A stretch of 64,000 nucleotides of DNA from Octopus vulgaris (lineage: Eukaryota). The stretch is taken from positions 63,612,001 through 63,676,000 of the forward strand of contig OX597832.1 in assembly GCA_951406725.2 (NCBI GenBank), given 5' to 3'. Below the pieces are notes generated by a model. That model was not told the DNA's origin. It did not search any database and saw only the letters and a list, made by a program, of their open reading frames with translations. Positions 58,307 to 64,000 of the stretch are shown piece after piece (the first letter of the stretch is position 1; every line of letters starts with the position of its first letter). Made by a program: the position numbers and the translations under genes.

Positions 58307-61300
58307 CACTGAGAGGTGTGATGCCGAGATTTTTGTCTGAGAGAAAATCCCTTCATAAACTTGTGTTAACTCATTAGCATTCAAATTCCTGTTAAATGTA
58401 ATCCATATTTATTCACATTGTTTTGAATTAATCATGCATTCTCTTGTAGCTTTGATATTTAAATGATATAATTATTTATTTTAAGAATGTCATTGTTGGG
58501 TAGGTGCGAGAGGCTGGATCTGGTTAGCTTAGACATAAGACAAGAATATATTGGCCAGATATGGCTGGTTTAAAGGCTAAAGGGTTAAAACACATGTACC
58601 TTACCTAAATATGTATGTCCACACATGTATATATATATATCATCATCATCATCATTTAACATCCATTTTCCATGCTGGCATGGGTGAGACAGTTTGACAG
58701 GAGCTGGCTGGGTAGAAGACTGCACCAGACTTCACCATCTGTTTCAGCATGATTTTTATGTCAGTAGAGACTCACAAGAATGCTAGAAGCATTTCACCTT
58801 TCTTGGAGTTTGTCAGTGAAGTGTAATGTGGAGGCATGTATTTATACAAGGGCAATACATGTCTTGCATTCCCACGAGCCACTGTTGGATGATGTTCAAC
58901 TAATTACAACATGTATTGTATTTTTCACAACACAACATGTCAAGAGATATTCTCTCAGACAAATCCACAACACCATACCTTTCGAAGGTATGACAGGTAG
59001 TGTTTAATAATTTAATGGCATTTTAATTGCATATACTGAGTTTATTTTAGTCCTGGAAGCTTTCCACAATATCAGTGAATGTATTACCCACTGTCTGTTA
59101 TATATTGGAAGCGACAGATTTCATCCAATCCTGTGACTACAGGGTACATGTCATTAACAATCCTCAAGAAAAGCAAAATGGATCAGGTTTTCCCATGTGT
59201 CACTGTTAGGGCTTGCTCTCACACATATATTGTTTTTAACACAAGTCTATGAAAAGATGTTCTTTCAGACAAAAACTGTAACATTATGCCTGTTGATGGT
59301 GTATATCCATTATGTATGAAATAAAGGTGATGTTTATGCTCTTTCAGTAGCATACATCAAGTCTTTTATTAACCCTTTCGTTAATGGTTAGAGCTGAAAC
59401 TCAGGCTCTGAGTACAAATGTCTTGTGTCCATAAGTCTTGAATTAAAATCTTCCACCAGATCTTAGTCACAAGTTATGTTCCTAACATTAGCTGAATGAT
59501 AACTAAGTTACTTTACTAAATTATTTGTTATATTTAAAGAGTAATTGAAAGAAACACAGAGCATCTCAAAATAAATACAGTAACGAAAGTGTTGAGTTAT
59601 ACGTTTGTTATTTCACAAAACCTCTCAAAATTCCTCATTATTTTGAAAATAAAATACAGAATGCAGAAAATGTATTTTTGTTAGAAATATAGTTGCCAAA
59701 GAATTAAGAGATCTGTATACCTCATTTCCAACACTGCATCCCAAGGAATATCCAAGTTGATAACCATCTTCTTGACCCTTTTCAGTACCATGGTTCAAAC
59801 CAGCCAAATAACCTGCCTTCACAGAACTGTGAAAGAAGAAGGGCCTCATTAAAAATTGGAAACATCATCAGAAGTTAAAATTTACACAAAGATAGACATT
59901 CACATATATATATATATATACATATTGTCTTTGTTTCAGTGACTGGACTGCAGTCATGCTAGGGTACCATACTGAAGTGTTTAAGTCAAACAAATTGACC
60001 CCAGTACTTTTTTGAAGACTGATATATATTCTATCAGTCTCTTTTACCAAACCACTAAGTTATGGGGATGTAAATAAACCAACACTGGTCGTCAATCACC
60101 GGTGTGGGGGTATGAGTTACATGGACACAAAGACACACATGACGGACTTTGTCCTCATTCATTATATTTCCCACTCTCTCACTTCTACTCACCTTGTACC
60201 TTGAGGCTCCACCCAGACACCTGATCGCCACCATCTCTATCTCTTCTCAACCCCATCCTAATCACCCCACATATCAACCACAAGGTTCACCCTTGTTTGG
60301 CACCCACTACTTTCACCACCACCCTCATATACAACCATCTGTCACTCTTATATTCTTATGAAATTATCAAACCCTTCTCCCCCACCCCGGTCCACTGTCC
60401 GGATGCCATTTCGTCGCCAACCTTCACTGGTTTCCTAAGAAGGTTATGTTTACTTCCTCCCACTACCATACGACTGGACATGTTTTCAAGGAAGACTGGA
60501 AACGAATGACACCGCTCGTACAACAGTAATATTTACAACTATCACGCGATATCATACATATATATATATACATATTTATTTACTAATCTGTAATTACGCA
60601 AAGACCAGATTAACATACGGTACAGTTGTAGTTTAACACGTATTCCAATACAATACACAACTAGTTTCAGTGTCTATATAACATGTAATTATGATAAAAT
60701 GTTACCATAATCCACTCACAAGGCTTTTGTTGGCCCAGTGATGAAGCAGAATATACTTGCTCAAGGTGCCAACGCAATCGGACTGGATCCAAAACCATGT
60801 GGTTAGGAAGCAAGAAGTCTTTTGACGAGAACTGTGTGTATTATGGACGTCAATACTTAACATATGAAAGAGAAAGAAGCTCAGGATTTAATACATGAAA
60901 TAGGAATAGAAGTGATGCAAGGTCTCCCTTATAAACCACACCATGTTTTCATATACGACGAACAAATTAATTACAAAAGGTGGAAGAAGTGCTTGTGTTG
61001 TATGTTTAAATATTTGAGGAAAATAAGATAAAGGGATAGAGACGAACCGAGCTTTTACGCAATTAACATGTTAGAAATAGCAGCCGAATTTCCATGAATA
61101 CAACCCCATCGTCTTTCATAAAAGGACACATTGCACAGACAGGTCCCTGATATACAAAAAGATGGGGATAGTCATGTCTGGAACGCCTAGATTTGTGTCT
61201 CCTCAACGAGGTTTGATCTGTGGCGATTAATCAACAATAACAATGTTGGGCAGAGGAAATAAATAAAAATACTCGAAAACCAATTACATTAATTAAATAT

Positions 61301-62143
61301 TCTACCATAATTACATATGTTATATAGACACTGAAATACTAATTTTTCTTCTTACTAATATATATTTAAAAACCAATTTTCTTTATTTACTAATCTGTAA
61401 TTACGCAAAGACCAGATTAACATACGGTACAGTTGTAGTTTAACACAGAAACTTTAAAAATTACATCATTCTGGCATTATTTAGTTGCTAATCATTACAA
61501 TTTCGTATGTTTCGCAACGCAATTAGCAACATTTGGATGGTTTATGGCTTATTCTTCGTTTGGTTCCATATGAAAATTGAACACATTAAACGACAATTAT
61601 GCCTCTTCTTTTCGACTCTTATTAAATATTATATATGTATTATTATCGTTTTCGCTCTTATTTGAATTCGAGCAATTAAAAATAAAAAGAAAAGAAAAGA
61701 AAATAGTTACAAGAAGCTTGCTTCGTAACCACATGGTTTTAGGTTCAGTCCCGAAGTATCTTCTCCTGTAGCCCCAAGTCAACCAAAGCCTTGTGAAGTG
61801 GATTTGGTGTGTGTGTACTTTTGTGTTTGTGCCCCACCACCGCTTAACAACTGGCGTTGGTTTGTTTACGTCTCCACAACTAGCATTTCGGCAAAAAGAA
61901 ACCGGTTGAATATGTACCTTACTTATAAAGAAATAAAAAAAGTAGTGGAGTCGATTTTCGATTAGTTTGACTGAAATTCCTTCAAGGTTGTGCCCCAGCA
62001 TGGCCGCAGTCCACTGTCTGAAACAAGTAAAAGATAAAATACGACATAAAAAAAAGAGCAAACCTTTCTTCTTGCATCACAACAGACTCAAAAATATCGA
62101 CATCATTAGGAACATCGTTGATGTGGATGTTCTCGACAGACAT
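54866..62143 (-). CDS. LTO1: Gene model (5 exons, about 146 aa): LTO1 maturation factor of ABCE1 (ORAOV1)
   Basis: Exons 62143-62064, 59826-59721, 57636-57566, 55916-55805 and 54937-54866 join in frame (441 nt). Shows DIFESVVMQEE, the deca-GX3 motif GYLAGLNHGTEKGQEDGYQLGYSLGCSVGNEIGFLKG, and a C-terminal LSF as in vertebrate LTO1. Confidence 0.92.
55805..55916 (-). CDS. LTO1: LTO1 exon 4
   Basis: Acceptor cattttag. Encodes ASKALTSLQTLLGKYPLGTVNSTCVTDLKMIQARFKK. Donor GTTTGT. Confidence 0.9.
57566..57636 (-). CDS. LTO1: LTO1 exon 3
   Basis: Acceptor ctttacag. Encodes IGFLKGFVSTWLALLDQSPDTKE. Donor GTAAGT. Confidence 0.9.
58366..58587. mobile_element. Second TTAA-bounded MITE family
   Basis: Ends ttaactcattagcattc ... 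ggctaaagggttaa. Confidence 0.5.
59721..59826 (-). CDS. LTO1: LTO1 exon 2 (GX3 repeats)
   Basis: Acceptor ttcacag. Encodes SVKAGYLAGLNHGTEKGQEDGYQLGYSLGCSVGNE. Donor GTATAC. Confidence 0.92.
62064..62143 (-). CDS. LTO1: LTO1 exon 1
   Basis: Encodes MSVENIHINDVPNDVDIFESVVMQEE. Donor GTTTGC. Confidence 0.88.
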
Positions 62144-63018
62144 AGTGGTGACTGAGACAACCAAATCTGTGAACGGTAAACGACGAGGCAGGGAACCCTA
62201 CCGGATGTTATCTAACAAGTACAGGGTGGGTTATCTACATTTGTTTAAAAAAATCTAAATGAATTTCGTTGAATTTGAATGCAAATACTATATAAACATC
62301 AAATTATTAACAAAACTTATTGAAAATATAAGTTAAAATCTAAAACGAAAAAAGATTTTCGTATTCTTTCAAAAATAATTTAATATAACTATATTTATCA
62401 AAATTATGCAAATCAGGTAACCTTGTGTTTATAATTACAATGCTTATTGTAGTATATATAGAAATTCCATAACTGATGCTATTGTGTTGCAAAAAAGGAG
62501 AGACGGTTAGCACTCCCCTTGACAAGGACGGAAGAGATCAATCGATCTTTCTAACACATATGGGCATTGCTCTCTACTTCAGAGCAACCTATTTTTTCTT
62601 TTCGCTTCTACTTTGCGTTCCTGCACACGTCGTTTCTATTTATCATTTACTTGTTTCAGCCACTGAACTGCGGCCATGCTGGGGCACCGCTTTGTATTGT
62701 TCCGTCGAACAAACTAACTGCAGAATTTTTTTCCATCGCTTTGCTTTTGCTGATCCACTAAGTTACTGAAACTTTAATTAACCAACACCGGTTATTAAGA
62801 GGTGGTGGGACACACACACGCACGCAGACGACAGGTTTCTTTCCGTTTCCGTTTACCAAATCCAGTTCCAAGACTTTGGCCGACCTGCGGCTATTCTAGA
62901 AGATACTAGGTGCCATGAAGTGCGACTGAACCCGGAACAATGTTGATGGAAAGCAAACTTGTTACCACACCGCCGCGTCAGCAATGCATACATATATTCT
63001 GTTTTGGCATACCTACAC

Positions 63019-63748
63019 AAGTGTGCCCCTCCTTGAATTTGTTTCCTCATAACTTGCAGAAAAATAGGTATTTTCCAATGAAAATTTCTACAAATAAGCT
63101 TCAGATGGTGTAGATTACTATTATATCGGAATTTAATGTGAAACATTTTTTTTCCAAGCGCAGGCTAGGAAGTTTCGGAAAATTCACACGAATCGGATTT
63201 ATTTCTTCATAACTTTCAGAAAAATGTGTAGTTTTTAGTGAAATTTTCTAAAAGATACCATTCGAATGGTGTAGATTACGATTTTATCCGAAATTTAATG
63301 TGGAAAAAAAAAATTGCTGGGCATGTACACATACATACTGATACACATTACAATTTTATTTTTTTCGAAATTTCGAGTTTCATTTTGCAGATATAAGTTA
63401 TGCGTGTCAGTATGTTTGTGTGTGAGGCAACCATTAAAAAAAAAATATATATATATATATTAAATTCCGATAAAACTGTAATCTACACCCTCTGAAAGGT
63501 ATCTGTAGAAAAATTCTTTAAAAATTACCCATTTTTTCTGAAAGTTATGAGGAAACAAATCCAACCCTTTGAGAATTTTCAGAAACTCCTCTCCCTACCC
63601 TCGGAAAAAATTTTCAACTGCAAATTCCGATATGATCGGGATCTACATCAGCCGAAGCGTATTTGTCGAACATTTCATTAAAAGATACCCATTTCTCCCG
63701 CGCCCTCTGAAAGTTATGAGGAAACAAATTCGGAGCGGGAGCACTCTT
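63019..63748. mobile_element. Fold-back element with two tandem 110-130 bp units per arm
   Basis: Units (atttgtttcctcataac...ggtgtagattac..tatcggaatttaatg) at about 63023 and 63196, inverted at about 63457 and 63620. A solo copy lies at about 29295-29415. Confidence 0.7.
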
Positions 63749-64000
63749 GTGTTGGCAGGTTTCTTTTTCTTTACTCTCGATTCTGTCAATGAACTGCTGG
63801 AACACCACCTTGAAAGATTTAGTCGAATAATTCATTACTTGTTATTTTTTAAAAGTCTGGTATTTGTTCTATCAGTTTCCTTCTGTCAATCCGCTAAGTT
63901 ACAAGAACGTTAATTAATCAATCCCGGTTATCTCGCGGTTGAAGGACAGTTTTCGTCTTCCCGTCTTTCAAATTCACTCTCAAAGCATTGGTCGGGTCAC

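Overview
AT-rich, repeat-dense eukaryotic genomic DNA. The SINE families and (TA)n/(CAT)n/(TAA)n microsatellites look like those of Octopus, a coleoid cephalopod (inferred, not looked up). Three spliced minus-strand genes were reconstructed by hand with GT-AG introns and consistent phases. (1) 3578-25486, 7 exons, about 884 aa: a signal-peptide protein built from two tandem GPR158/GPR179-type ectodomain units (Cache-like plus EGF-like). A furin-type RKKR site separates the units, and the protein ends in a GPI-anchor-like tail with no 7TM domain. (2) 35210-48203, 7 exons, about 308 aa: homocysteine S-methyltransferase of the MmuM/YbgG type. (3) 54866-62143, 5 exons, about 146 aa: LTO1/ORAOV1. 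Introns and intergenic DNA hold several SINE families and relics of R4/Dong-like and RTE LINEs, Penelope-like elements, Tigger/pogo, Tc1, mariner and Merlin transposons, and piggyBac-, hAT- and mariner-type MITEs. The most notable observations are the 7TM-less double-ectodomain receptor-like gene, a head-to-head pair of minimal hammerhead ribozymes in one of its introns, and about ten local fold-back (inverted) duplications. A branch-point-like motif array and a 36-bp SINE-derived minisatellite (not CRISPR) were also found. No database searches were possible, so family assignments come from recognised motifs.
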